Below are positions 8,066 to 16,143 of a DNA stretch of 46,747 bases, piece by piece (positions within the stretch are counted from its first letter, which is position 1; each line of letters opens with the position of its first letter). The DNA lies in IMG/VR virus record IMGVR_UViG_3300045988_113737. One strand, given 5' to 3'. The position numbers were made by a program, and so were the translations under genes. The notes under the pieces were generated by a model. It saw only the letters and a list, made by a program, of their open reading frames with translations. It ran no database searches and had not been told where the DNA came from. Source of the DNA: a virus.

Positions 8066-8284
8066 TTAGAAAATCCGGAACAGGTTAGAAGAACGGGCCA
8101 GAATGACATAATAACCGCCTAACACATTATCCCAGATCAACCCACCATTTAGACCATAAATACCACGACTAAAACCCACTTTCGTATAACTGGCCGGTAT
8201 CTTTTCCGGCTCTGCCTCTGTCAGATCAACAGCCAAGCCAAGCCGCACGAACTCCCGCAACTGTTTTCTTGTGTACTGTTTCAT
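8066..8284 (-). CDS. Hypothetical protein (72 aa)
   Basis: Track ORF. Start overlaps the upstream stop. Confidence 0.6.
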   Translation of the reverse strand: MKQYTRKQLREFVRLGLAVDLTEAEPEKIPASYTKVGFSRGIYGLNGGLIWDNVLGGYYVILARSSNLFRIF

Positions 8285-8670
8285 TTTTCCGCCGCTCCTC
8301 TCTTCAATTCCCGGTAAATTAAATGAGTCAAGAGCTGTTCCGCCTCTCGTTCCGTGTATTTGGCTTTTTCCCGCTCCGACTGTTCTAAAATTTCGCCCAG
8401 ATCATCAACCGCCGAACGATTGTAAAAGTAACAGGTATCGAGGACGGACGGTAACCCTTGCGCCCAGTCAATGAAAACTTGCTCATTTGTGTACCCTTTC
8501 CGGCTCTGATATTCCGGGGAATAGGCTTTTTCCTCTGCATGAACAGCCAGAATAAACCGGGCCACATTTGGGAAGCTGCAAGGGCCGGAAAAATCATAAC
8601 CGCAAGGGTCGAAATGATCTAAAATGTATTGCCGGATATTCTGACGGGCTTCTTTTGTTGTCGTTTTCAT
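8281..8670 (-). CDS. Hypothetical protein (129 aa)
   Basis: Track ORF in the operon. Confidence 0.6.
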   Translation of the reverse strand: MKTTTKEARQNIRQYILDHFDPCGYDFSGPCSFPNVARFILAVHAEEKAYSPEYQSRKGYTNEQVFIDWAQGLPSVLDTCYFYNRSAVDDLGEILEQSEREKAKYTEREAEQLLTHLIYRELKRGAAEK

Positions 8671-8685
8671 CGTTCAAACCTCCAT

Positions 8686-8877
8686 TCAATCCACAAACTT
8701 AGCACCGGCCAGAATTAAGGCCATTGTGATAACTGTTGCCTCTGCTTCTCCGAACCGCATACGGTAAACAAGCATACTTTCAAATTGCGCACGGGTTATA
8801 GATTTATCAAAATATGCGGTTTTGTCTTTCCACTGATCTAAAATCTCTTTCGCCAACTTCTTTGTATATTGAGCCAT
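8686..8877 (-). CDS. Hypothetical protein (63 aa)
   Basis: Start chosen at MAQYTKKL. First gene after the promoter at 9027..9055. Confidence 0.5.
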   Translation of the reverse strand: MAQYTKKLAKEILDQWKDKTAYFDKSITRAQFESMLVYRMRFGEAEATVITMALILAGAKFVD

Positions 8878-9003
8878 AAGGGAAAACCTCTTTTCTTTAT
8901 ATATTCCGCTCCATTTTCCCGGCGTGGCCTTGATACGCCGAAATGCGTATTTCTCCGGCCTTGCGTGGGAAAAGTGCGGGGGTTCAATTTTCAAGGTACA
9001 ATG

Positions 9004-9090
9004 TCAAGTGTTTTATTGATGTTTGCATTATATCAAGCGTTTTATTGATTGTCAAGCGTTTTATTGAAAATTCTTCAATTATTTTATTGA
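9004..9090. promoter_or_regulatory. Four 16-nt operator-like repeats TCAAGCGTTTTATTGA
   Basis: Copies at 9004..9019, 9033..9048, 9052..9067 and a degenerate one at 9075..9090. They flank or overlap the -35/-10 of the promoter. Confidence 0.6.
9027..9055 (-). promoter_or_regulatory. Consensus sigma-70 promoter of the small-gene operon
   Basis: Minus strand TTGACA-17 nt-TATAAT (9055..9050 / 9032..9027). Confidence 0.65.
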
Positions 9091-9192
9091 CGCTTTACCG
9101 TGTCCAACAATTCAAGAGAAAATGAACATATACCAGAGGCGGATGGCTCCGGCCCATCTGCCCGGACACCTTCTGCCTGATCTGGGTATAAG

Positions 9193-9230
9193 AAACCGCC
9201 GAACCTCCTATCACGGGAGATCGGCGGTTC
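9193..9230 (-). terminator. Hairpin downstream of terS (weak terminator candidate)
   Basis: 9-bp stem aaccgccga/tcggcggtt with a 20-nt loop. Only a short T-rich tail. Confidence 0.35.
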
Positions 9231-9232
9231 TT

Positions 9233-9338
9233 TCATAGTCGATAGTCGCTGGCCGTTTTCAAAGTCGCTCGGCTCATAGTCGATAGTCGCTGGCGATAGT
9301 CGGAAAGTCGCTCACTCTTCCGAGTCATAGTCGCTGGC
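9233..9338. repeat. Three direct repeats TCATAGTCG(ATAGTCG)CTGGC at and after the terS 3' end
   Basis: Units start at 9233, 9274 and 9325. AAGTCGCTC is also duplicated (9262, 9302). The third unit lies in the last terS codons. Confidence 0.8.
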
Positions 9339-9896
9339 CGCAGCTTCGATATACTTCTGCTGTAACTCTTCCGCAGAAGCGGCCTCCCCAAGCTGATTAT
9401 TCGGGGTAAGAACAACCTCCTGTTTGTCCTGATAGCCAAAGTGATTTTTCATCAGGAAGATAGCGGCTACCGGATTGATCTTCCCGTTTTGAGCATAATC
9501 TTCCATCTGAGCGTTCAAAAATTGGTACGCCTTTTTTATAAAGTTACGGCTTTCATTGGGGAGATAGGCACTATCTACACCATTAGCCCAAGCCCAGATA
9601 GTTTTTCTATCCACTCCAAAGGCTAATGCTAACCCTGCTACACTTGGCTTCATATCATCCTCAGAACAGATTTGCAGATACATACCAATCCGCTCTTTCA
9701 CCTGTTCAGGTTCCTTCATGTCAACAGACGGCCAATCCCACATTCTCAAAGAATGTTGAAGATACTTCCGATTGTCACCCGGCTCAGTATGGACACTCAT
9801 AGCCTCAGTCCGATCAGGACGCTTATTCCCACCAGTACCCTTCGGACGGCCACGGCCCCGAGAGGGAGTCGGCAAATCTACCACTTTATCACTCAT
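9312..9896 (-). CDS. terS: Terminase small subunit
   Basis: 194 aa. Basic N-terminus. HTH-like PSVAGLALAFGVDRKTIWAWANG typical of TerS. Acidic C-terminus. Confidence 0.7.
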   Translation of the reverse strand: MSDKVVDLPTPSRGRGRPKGTGGNKRPDRTEAMSVHTEPGDNRKYLQHSLRMWDWPSVDMKEPEQVKERIGMYLQICSEDDMKPSVAGLALAFGVDRKTIWAWANGVDSAYLPNESRNFIKKAYQFLNAQMEDYAQNGKINPVAAIFLMKNHFGYQDKQEVVLTPNNQLGEAASAEELQQKYIEAAASDYDSEE

Positions 9897-9932
9897 AGTC
9901 GTTCTCCTTCCACTAATTATTTTCAGTTACCT

Positions 9933-10105
9933 TTAGTGAGTTTAGTGAATAATTTAGGCTTTTTGCAGTAAAGTCCTCTATATATCACTCTCTATAAGGG
10001 GGTTTATACAAAAATTTATAAAAATAGGGGGTAAAAACTGCCTCAAACCCTTGCGCCACAAGACTTTCCGGTAGTGGAGAGTTTATCACCAAATTCTTCA
10101 CCAAA
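9933..10105. repeat. ~173-bp intergenic element bounded by terminal inverted repeats (TIRs), copy A (inverted relative to copy B at 32728..32899)
   Basis: Plus strand of A aligns over its full length with the reverse complement of B. Ends carry paired TTAGTGA / TCACCAA motifs. Confidence 0.85.
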
Positions 10106-10151
10106 CCTCACCAGAAAAATATATTTAGTTGATTACACAAAATATATTTGA

Positions 10152-10328
10152 CTACGCCGGGTACAATACCACCGATGACGCTCCATCTTTTTCTAACCAC
10201 TGAAAATAAACCATCTTGTCTACTCGGCAAGCGTCCTCAATAGGGTTATCATTCTGGCACATAACCATTTCCACTTGTACGTCTTCGGGCACCGTACTCA
10301 ACTTGGCTCTCAATTCCTTAACAGTCAT
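10152..10328 (-). CDS. Hypothetical protein (58 aa)
   Basis: Start chosen at MTVKEL after GGGAGG. Confidence 0.5.
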   Translation of the reverse strand: MTVKELRAKLSTVPEDVQVEMVMCQNDNPIEDACRVDKMVYFQWLEKDGASSVVLYPA

Positions 10329-10525
10329 TCCGTTTCCTCCCAATTACAAAGTATCTTCCCTCGGAACTTTCTCGCTCTCCCGAGTAATCCCCACAGACCC
10401 TCAGCCTGTTCACCGCAGTTCGGGCAGGACATACCAGCAATATCTTCTAACCTCTTAGGAAAACTCTTACCCTCTTGAACAAAGAGCTGGTGGCCACATT
10501 TCCGGCATTCAAACACCGTCATCAT
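10325..10525 (-). CDS. Zinc-ribbon protein
   Basis: CRKCGH...CPNCGE double CxxC. Confidence 0.55.
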   Translation of the reverse strand: MMTVFECRKCGHQLFVQEGKSFPKRLEDIAGMSCPNCGEQAEGLWGLLGRARKFRGKILCNWEETE

Positions 10526-10694
10526 GGCTATCTTTCCTCCCACTTTCACAATACTCTCTCGCTCTCTTGCAAAGTCGATCAGTGTCTACGGCGTACCCAT
10601 CAGGCGCAACTTGGCAAGCTGCACACTCTTCATTACAGGTCAGGCAAGGGCACTCTCCCGAGTAATGTCCGCATTCCTCAAACAGCATAGTCAA
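10509..10694 (-). CDS. Cys-rich hypothetical protein (61 aa)
   Basis: Track ORF with 9 Cys. Confidence 0.5.
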   Translation of the reverse strand: MTMLFEECGHYSGECPCLTCNEECAACQVAPDGYAVDTDRLCKRAREYCESGRKDSHDDGV

Positions 10695-10879
10695 GGCTCC
10701 TTCTTCAAACCGAACATATCAATCAGTTCATTCATGAACATCTCTCCGCACTCTTCATTCCTGAAAGTTGCATAGGCGGTAACGCTGTTGCCCTTCTCAA
10801 CGCAGAGTCGGGGACGCTTCACATCGGGGAAGGTATAGACCCCGATCTTGACTTTACCATTGCTGATTACAAGACCCAC
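10691..10879 (-). CDS. Hypothetical protein
   Basis: Internal GTG start follows AAAGGAGGG. Confidence 0.45.
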   Translation of the reverse strand: MGLVISNGKVKIGVYTFPDVKRPRLCVEKGNSVTAYATFRNEECGEMFMNELIDMFGLKKEP

Positions 10880-11048
10880 GAGATACACCCTCCTTTTCAC
10901 ATCGAAGGGAGATCATCTTCTCCCTGACCAATTTATCCACTACCCGGCCAACCTCATAGTAACCGGACATAGCTGCGAGGCGGTCTAAATTCTTTGCCGT
11001 TTGTGCTGTTACCAGCATAGACACCCGGCGCATATTCTTCTTGTTCAT
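10854..11048 (-). CDS. Ribbon-helix-helix-like DNA-binding protein
   Basis: RVSMLVTAQTAKNLDRLAAMSG..VGRVVDKLV resembles a CopG/RHH pattern. Confidence 0.45.
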   Translation of the reverse strand: MNKKNMRRVSMLVTAQTAKNLDRLAAMSGYYEVGRVVDKLVREKMISLRCEKEGVSRGSCNQQW

Positions 11049-11049
11049 G

Positions 11050-12555
11050 TCAAACAGTTCCTTTCATACGAATATCCCTGTAAGAAGGGTAGCCATTATA
11101 AACGGTCTTTCCTCCGTGCCATTCTGGGTGTGCCTCCATGTCAGCATTAAACCGCTTTGCGCTACACACAAAATAGCCGTTAGACTTACACCAAATTTTA
11201 TAAGCGTCATAGAGTGCCTTGGCTCTTGTGTAGGCACCTCCGGCCTTTTCACACTTTTCCTCCAAAAACTGTAACACCATATCATTGTCCTTCTCATACT
11301 GCTTGACCACCTGACGCATAGCCGGGGACATTTTCAAGTCGAACCGCTTATACTTAAAGTAACCCTCCAAGAGCCAAGTAAAGATACCCTGCATAGCCTC
11401 TGGGGTTTGAAACTCTGTTTTAAGGTTCTTGTCCTGCTCGTCCTCAGAAAAATGCCGGTTGAACTCAATCACTCGCACACGGTCAGAGGCGAACAGGCTT
11501 TTGTCATTGACAGAGGGAAGGTCATTGCAGGAGAGCCAAAGAGTAAACTGCGGGAGGAAGGTGGTAGCGGCTTCATAGAGGTTCCGGGCCTTGATCTCTT
11601 CACCACCGGTAAGCTGCTTGATTGTTTCCTCGTCCAGCCGTCCATACTGATTGCTCTCTGCCATAGTGACAAACCGCTTGCCCTTCAAAGAGGCCAAAAC
11701 AGGGCTTGCAGCTTCGGCGTTCTTGGAGCGGTCGGACTTGCAGATAATGGACACCGGGGACACGGAGGCATAGTCACCGAGAAGATGATGAATGGCACTC
11801 AGAAGGGTAGACTTTCCGTTTCTGGTGGTCTTGCCATGCAGAATGAACATACATTCTTCATTGGCCGTACCTAACATGGAGTAACCGAGAGCCTTTTGCA
11901 GATAGTCGGCCTTATCTGCGTCATTACAGGTAACTTCCTGAATAAACCGCTCCCACCGAGGGCACTCAGCGTCTTGCAGAGTGTAGTCGAAATTGGTCTG
12001 CATGGTCAGAAAGTCGTGCCAATCATGCTCCCGGAACTCCATTTTTTGAAGGTCATAAGTTCCGTTCCGACAGTTAATGAGGTAGGGATTTGCGTCAAAT
12101 TCCTCTGCGGTGATCGGCATGACGCTGGCGGCGTCCTTCATGAGCCGGTCACGGAAACGGCGATCTCCCATCTTAGAGATGAACTTCATGTACTCCCTGC
12201 GGCGGTCTTCATTGTCAATCTCCCCGCAATAGAGAGCCATCAGGCGGCAAAATTCTTTGATTTTTTCCGCCACCAGAAGAGAGCCAATGTCCTTACGCCA
12301 CGCACCCTTTGAATAGGTGTACCAACACTTGGCTTCCGGGCAGAAGCGGGTGTCATTCTGATAGCACTCAGAAAACAGTTCCGCCATGCCAGACTCGTCC
12401 CAAGAATAACCGGTGCCGCTGATCTGGTGACTTCTCTCGGGCTTTGCCTCCTTGATGTAAAACATCTTCTGAGAGAGGTCTTTATCCATGATGTACCGGC
12501 CATTAGAGAGCTGAAAAAGTTCCTGCTCTTCGGTAGTCAAAATTTCATCTGCCAT
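11050..12555 (-). CDS. D5/P4-type primase-helicase (NTPase)
   Basis: 501 aa. Walker A HGKTTRNGKST. Architecture of the phage/plasmid primase P4-family C-terminal domain. Confidence 0.8.
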   Translation of the reverse strand: MADEILTTEEQELFQLSNGRYIMDKDLSQKMFYIKEAKPERSHQISGTGYSWDESGMAELFSECYQNDTRFCPEAKCWYTYSKGAWRKDIGSLLVAEKIKEFCRLMALYCGEIDNEDRRREYMKFISKMGDRRFRDRLMKDAASVMPITAEEFDANPYLINCRNGTYDLQKMEFREHDWHDFLTMQTNFDYTLQDAECPRWERFIQEVTCNDADKADYLQKALGYSMLGTANEECMFILHGKTTRNGKSTLLSAIHHLLGDYASVSPVSIICKSDRSKNAEAASPVLASLKGKRFVTMAESNQYGRLDEETIKQLTGGEEIKARNLYEAATTFLPQFTLWLSCNDLPSVNDKSLFASDRVRVIEFNRHFSEDEQDKNLKTEFQTPEAMQGIFTWLLEGYFKYKRFDLKMSPAMRQVVKQYEKDNDMVLQFLEEKCEKAGGAYTRAKALYDAYKIWCKSNGYFVCSAKRFNADMEAHPEWHGGKTVYNGYPSYRDIRMKGTV

Positions 12556-12706
12556 TTCTTGTCACCTTTCTAACTGATCTCGCTAAGGTCAAAAGCGCAC
12601 ACGCCTGAGAGTCTTCATCCCACCATGCACATTCATTCTTTTTGCAATTCATGAACGGGCACTCAGCAGGACTCATAATAGATAAAGGGCAAATTTTATT
12701 CTCCAT
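12545..12706 (-). CDS. Small Cys-rich protein (53 aa)
   Basis: MENKICPLSIMSPAECPFMNCKKNECAWWDEDSQACALL... Starts 4 nt after the toxin stop and overlaps the primase start. Confidence 0.45.
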   Translation of the reverse strand: MENKICPLSIMSPAECPFMNCKKNECAWWDEDSQACALLTLARSVRKVTRNGR

Positions 12707-12709
12707 CGT

Positions 12710-13057
12710 TTATACCCCCCCGTAGAAGAAAGCGTTTTTCAGAGCCTTGTCCACATAGGACATAACCTGCGGTGAAAGAGTACAGATACACTTTTTAACA
12801 CAGGCTTTGTCGATGACTCGTACCTGTTCACACTCCACCATGCTTGCTTTAATGCCCTTTCCTGTAACAATCACATGGGTAGGCATTTCCATTCTCTTTA
12901 ACTTGGAGGTAAGAGGGACTACAATCGTGGTGGGAGAGTGTCTGTTGCCAACATCATTCTGCACGATCAGCCACGGTCGGTTTCCGCCTTGCACCCGGCT
13001 CCCGTCCACGATGGGAACATCAATCAGAACAATGTCCCCACGCCTGAAAGACTTCAT
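12710..13057 (-). CDS. mazF: MazF/PemK/EndoA-family endoribonuclease toxin
   Basis: RGDIVLIDV..GSRVQGGNRPWLIVQNDVGNRHSPTTIVVPLTS...MPTHV...EQVRVIDK aligns motif by motif with B. subtilis EndoA. Confidence 0.85.
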   Translation of the reverse strand: MKSFRRGDIVLIDVPIVDGSRVQGGNRPWLIVQNDVGNRHSPTTIVVPLTSKLKRMEMPTHVIVTGKGIKASMVECEQVRVIDKACVKKCICTLSPQVMSYVDKALKNAFFYGGV

Positions 13058-13064
13058 ATTGAAA

Positions 13065-13853
13065 TTACCTCCTATATCTGGTAACTGAATTTACGATTGT
13101 TTCAATCTCACTCCGGGGAAGCGGGGGCTTACACGCTTGCTGATTTGCAAACAGCAACTCTTTGTAAATGTCTGCCTTGGAATACCCCTGATTATGAAGT
13201 TGACCGGCCAGCGAAGTAAGGCTCAGGTTTCGGCTTCCGGTGGTAATGGGCGGGTACTCAGGTTTGAGCGTGATCTTGCCATGTTCTGGCTTCCGGTAGA
13301 TAGGTGAGTATATCCGTTGAGAGGCGGAGCAACCGGCACTCTCTTTCGGAGCGTCAGGAAAATACTTGGACACCACATAGTCAACCGCTTCCTGATTTTC
13401 AATGATCTCCGAATAAAGCAGGACATTCCCGGTCATGATAAAGTATCGGCTACTCCGATAGATTTCTACGCCATTACGATTATTGCGGCCTTTGAAGGGG
13501 AGATTACCTTTCAGAAGGATATGAACCCCTCGTCCGCTCCGGCTCTTCTCGGTGTAGGAGTGGCAATGGCTGATAATGTCTGAGGCCAGTTGATTTAACA
13601 GGCTGTCGGCAAAACCATCGTCAATGTCAATCCCGATAAGACCATCATCGTTGAAAACATACCCTATCCCGTCATAAATGCCGTTTGCCACATTCAGCAC
13701 AGCACAGTCAAAAGTGCCCCAAGTGTCAGGTAGGACAGAGGACGCAGCTTTCTTCTGGCCGGTCTGCATGGGAACCTTAGAGCCGTTCCACACATTGACC
13801 CATTGTGTTTTCTGCTTTAGTTCGGTAGGTATCTTTTCATACATGACTGGCAC
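13065..13853 (-). CDS. Bifunctional primase-polymerase (Prim-Pol) domain protein
   Basis: GIGYVFNDDGLIGIDIDD and SGRGVHILL motifs. Confidence 0.75.
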   Translation of the reverse strand: MPVMYEKIPTELKQKTQWVNVWNGSKVPMQTGQKKAASSVLPDTWGTFDCAVLNVANGIYDGIGYVFNDDGLIGIDIDDGFADSLLNQLASDIISHCHSYTEKSRSGRGVHILLKGNLPFKGRNNRNGVEIYRSSRYFIMTGNVLLYSEIIENQEAVDYVVSKYFPDAPKESAGCSASQRIYSPIYRKPEHGKITLKPEYPPITTGSRNLSLTSLAGQLHNQGYSKADIYKELLFANQQACKPPLPRSEIETIVNSVTRYRR

Positions 13854-13856
13854 CTC

Positions 13857-14393
13857 TCAACTCTCATAAGGGGATTGCAGACTCCAATCCCAAATTTGAC
13901 CTCCCTCATAGGCATTGCGGAAATAATTGTGTTCTCCATCTCCGGTAAACCACATATAGTCCGAGGGGAGAACTCGGCCAACATCGGTTTCTCCGGCTTT
14001 CTCGGCATACCACCGGGTTAAAACATCTTCGCATAAGGCTTTAATTTCATCATCAATCGGGTTATCTATATCATATCCAGCGAATTGATAAGGAGAGGTT
14101 ACTACCATGACGATGTTCCCATAACCATAGTCCACCCGATTCAGCGCACACCACACACAGGCCGCTTTCTCTGTATCAGAGGGAATGCCCCTCGCCTCTC
14201 CCCATACCATCTTCGAGAGGACAGTGATCTCTTCCTCTGACCACGGTGAGAGAGAGGGAGAGGGGCTTTCTATCTGGTCAACCGGTTCGGTCTGAGTGGG
14301 AGGCTCCTGCTCATTGGGAACCGGCTCTGACGCACAGGAGGACAACAGGAGAAGGAAAATCGCAAGGAAGATCAACCAGACTTTATTCGTCAT
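13857..14393 (-). CDS. Lipoprotein with SleB/CwlJ-type cell-wall hydrolase domain
   Basis: Signal peptide with lipobox LLLSSC. VWGEARG...ACVWCALNRV...SPYQFAG. Confidence 0.75.
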   Translation of the reverse strand: MTNKVWLIFLAIFLLLLSSCASEPVPNEQEPPTQTEPVDQIESPSPSLSPWSEEEITVLSKMVWGEARGIPSDTEKAACVWCALNRVDYGYGNIVMVVTSPYQFAGYDIDNPIDDEIKALCEDVLTRWYAEKAGETDVGRVLPSDYMWFTGDGEHNYFRNAYEGGQIWDWSLQSPYES

Positions 14394-14604
14394 CGGTCTT
14401 TTTCTTCCGGGAAGAGGTCTTCACCGTAGCGAAGAAATACTTCCCGTCCACGCAGACCGGATAGCCGGGAAACCGGTTGCTGGCTCTCTTCTTGCCCTCG
14501 TTGTAAATCTGCTCCGCAGCTGCAATAGGCATTTCGCCGGACACATGATCGGCACCGGCCACCATGATATACGGGACTTTCCCGTTATTGTTCACGAATG
14601 TCAT
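14383..14604 (-). CDS. Hypothetical protein
   Basis: Start chosen at MTFVNNNG after AAAGGGGAAG. Confidence 0.5.
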   Translation of the reverse strand: MTFVNNNGKVPYIMVAGADHVSGEMPIAAAEQIYNEGKKRASNRFPGYPVCVDGKYFFATVKTSSRKKKTDDE

Positions 14605-14935
14605 GAAGACTTCCCCTTTCTCTATTCCACGCTTCCACATCGACACCAATTTTCTTCAACTGCTCCTTACAGAGCCATGTGTAGTCATCCGGCATTTCGT
14701 AATGCTGGATAAGCCGGTCATGTTCTACTGAAAAAGCCTCATAGAACCGGCGTAACCGCTTAGGGCCAAATCCAAGGTGAACCATGAGGGTATAGAGAAC
14801 CATAGCGTCAATATCATCGGTGTACCGTCTATCGGCCTCAATGATTTGCCGATTGATCTCCATATCCATAGCCTTTTTCTCGGCGGCGGTGAATATTGCC
14901 CCGTAAACCTTTCCTCCGGCCTTTTTAACAATCAT
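14585..14935 (-). CDS. Hypothetical protein (116 aa)
   Basis: Track ORF in the operon. Confidence 0.6.
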   Translation of the reverse strand: MIVKKAGGKVYGAIFTAAEKKAMDMEINRQIIEADRRYTDDIDAMVLYTLMVHLGFGPKRLRRFYEAFSVEHDRLIQHYEMPDDYTWLCKEQLKKIGVDVEAWNRERGSLHDIREQ

Positions 14936-14938
14936 GGC

Positions 14939-15562
14939 TTACACCTCAATGTCCTCAAAGAAGACCGGGTATCTGACCGATAAGAGGTCATAAAGCATTC
15001 TGGCAACCCGGCGCATATCCGGGTGAGCGGCGGGAGCGGTACGGAGTTTGATGAAGTGCCGCCATTCCCGGAGATTGGCCGTCATGACCACTTCGGTTTT
15101 CAGACTGTTCGGTAACACAGACCGGGCCTCCTGCGGAGAACAACCAATGTCCAAGAGGGTAAAGTAATTTTCCTCAGCCTCCGAACAAGCCTTTTTCCAC
15201 ACGGTATAGGGGTAATACCCAGGAGAAGTCCACGCCGGAGAGATAACGGTGATCTCCGTACCGAACTGCTCTTTGCTGTAATTGCAGTACCGGGTAGACT
15301 CCTGACAATAGGAGGCCAGCCGGTGGCGGACGATCTCATGACTCACTCCCCGATCACAGATAAACCGGACGGTCACAACACCGTGTTCAATGACGGCCTC
15401 ATGGCCTCGCTTCAAAATGTTCCTGACAAACTTCTCTGCACTGTCCTCGGTGATCTTGCTCTCGGATTTGTAGCAAGTGCGCCCAGCCTGTTCAATCAGA
15501 GAGAGAATGTTCGGATAAGAGGGAGCATTGACAAGCTCCACGCAGGGTTCGATAATCTTCAT
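14939..15562 (-). CDS. thyX: FAD-dependent thymidylate synthase ThyX
   Basis: ThyX signature RHRxxSxxxxSxR present as VRHRLASYCQESTRY. Start at MKIIEPC. Confidence 0.9.
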   Translation of the reverse strand: MKIIEPCVELVNAPSYPNILSLIEQAGRTCYKSESKITEDSAEKFVRNILKRGHEAVIEHGVVTVRFICDRGVSHEIVRHRLASYCQESTRYCNYSKEQFGTEITVISPAWTSPGYYPYTVWKKACSEAEENYFTLLDIGCSPQEARSVLPNSLKTEVVMTANLREWRHFIKLRTAPAAHPDMRRVARMLYDLLSVRYPVFFEDIEV

Positions 15563-15564
15563 GG

Positions 15565-16143
15565 TCAGACTCCTTCCACATGACTTGCCAGCATATCCGC
15601 TTGGTGCGTCCAAAGGACATTCGGATAGGCTCTTACCGCTCTGGTGTAATCGTTCCATTCCTCTTTCGGGCAAAAGGCTCCCATGTGATACCTGATACAC
15701 ATGATCTCTTCCTCAGTCAGAGCGTAGAACTGAGAGAGAAGCATGACTGACTTATCTCCGTGCCCTTTCAGAAGAGTGTCCGGGTTATATTCCCACTCAT
15801 GCTCGGAATACAGTTCAGTTCCGTCCAAAAGGTGAAGGTCTAACTTCGGGTGACGGTACTGGTCAATCTTACAGAGATCGTGGAACATTCCCACCAGATA
15901 GGGAGAGCGGCAATCCTTCCACTTTAACTGACAACTTTCGGTCAGGCCAACCAAGTGCTTTGCCACGGAGAGGGAGTGGTCAAAGAGGCCACCTTCATAA
16001 TTCCCGTGATACTTGGTGGAGGCAGGGGCACAGAAAAAGCCGTTTTTCGTAAGCCAGTCAATCATGTTGACTGTAACTAAAGGGCTTCCGTCCGGGAGTT
16101 TCATGAAACCCAAAAGGGCATTGAGCCTTTGATTGTCAGTCAT
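15565..16143 (-). CDS. HD-domain phosphohydrolase
   Basis: FDHSLSVAKHL and MFHDLCKI. ATG overlaps the mazG stop. Confidence 0.75.
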   Translation of the reverse strand: MTDNQRLNALLGFMKLPDGSPLVTVNMIDWLTKNGFFCAPASTKYHGNYEGGLFDHSLSVAKHLVGLTESCQLKWKDCRSPYLVGMFHDLCKIDQYRHPKLDLHLLDGTELYSEHEWEYNPDTLLKGHGDKSVMLLSQFYALTEEEIMCIRYHMGAFCPKEEWNDYTRAVRAYPNVLWTHQADMLASHVEGV

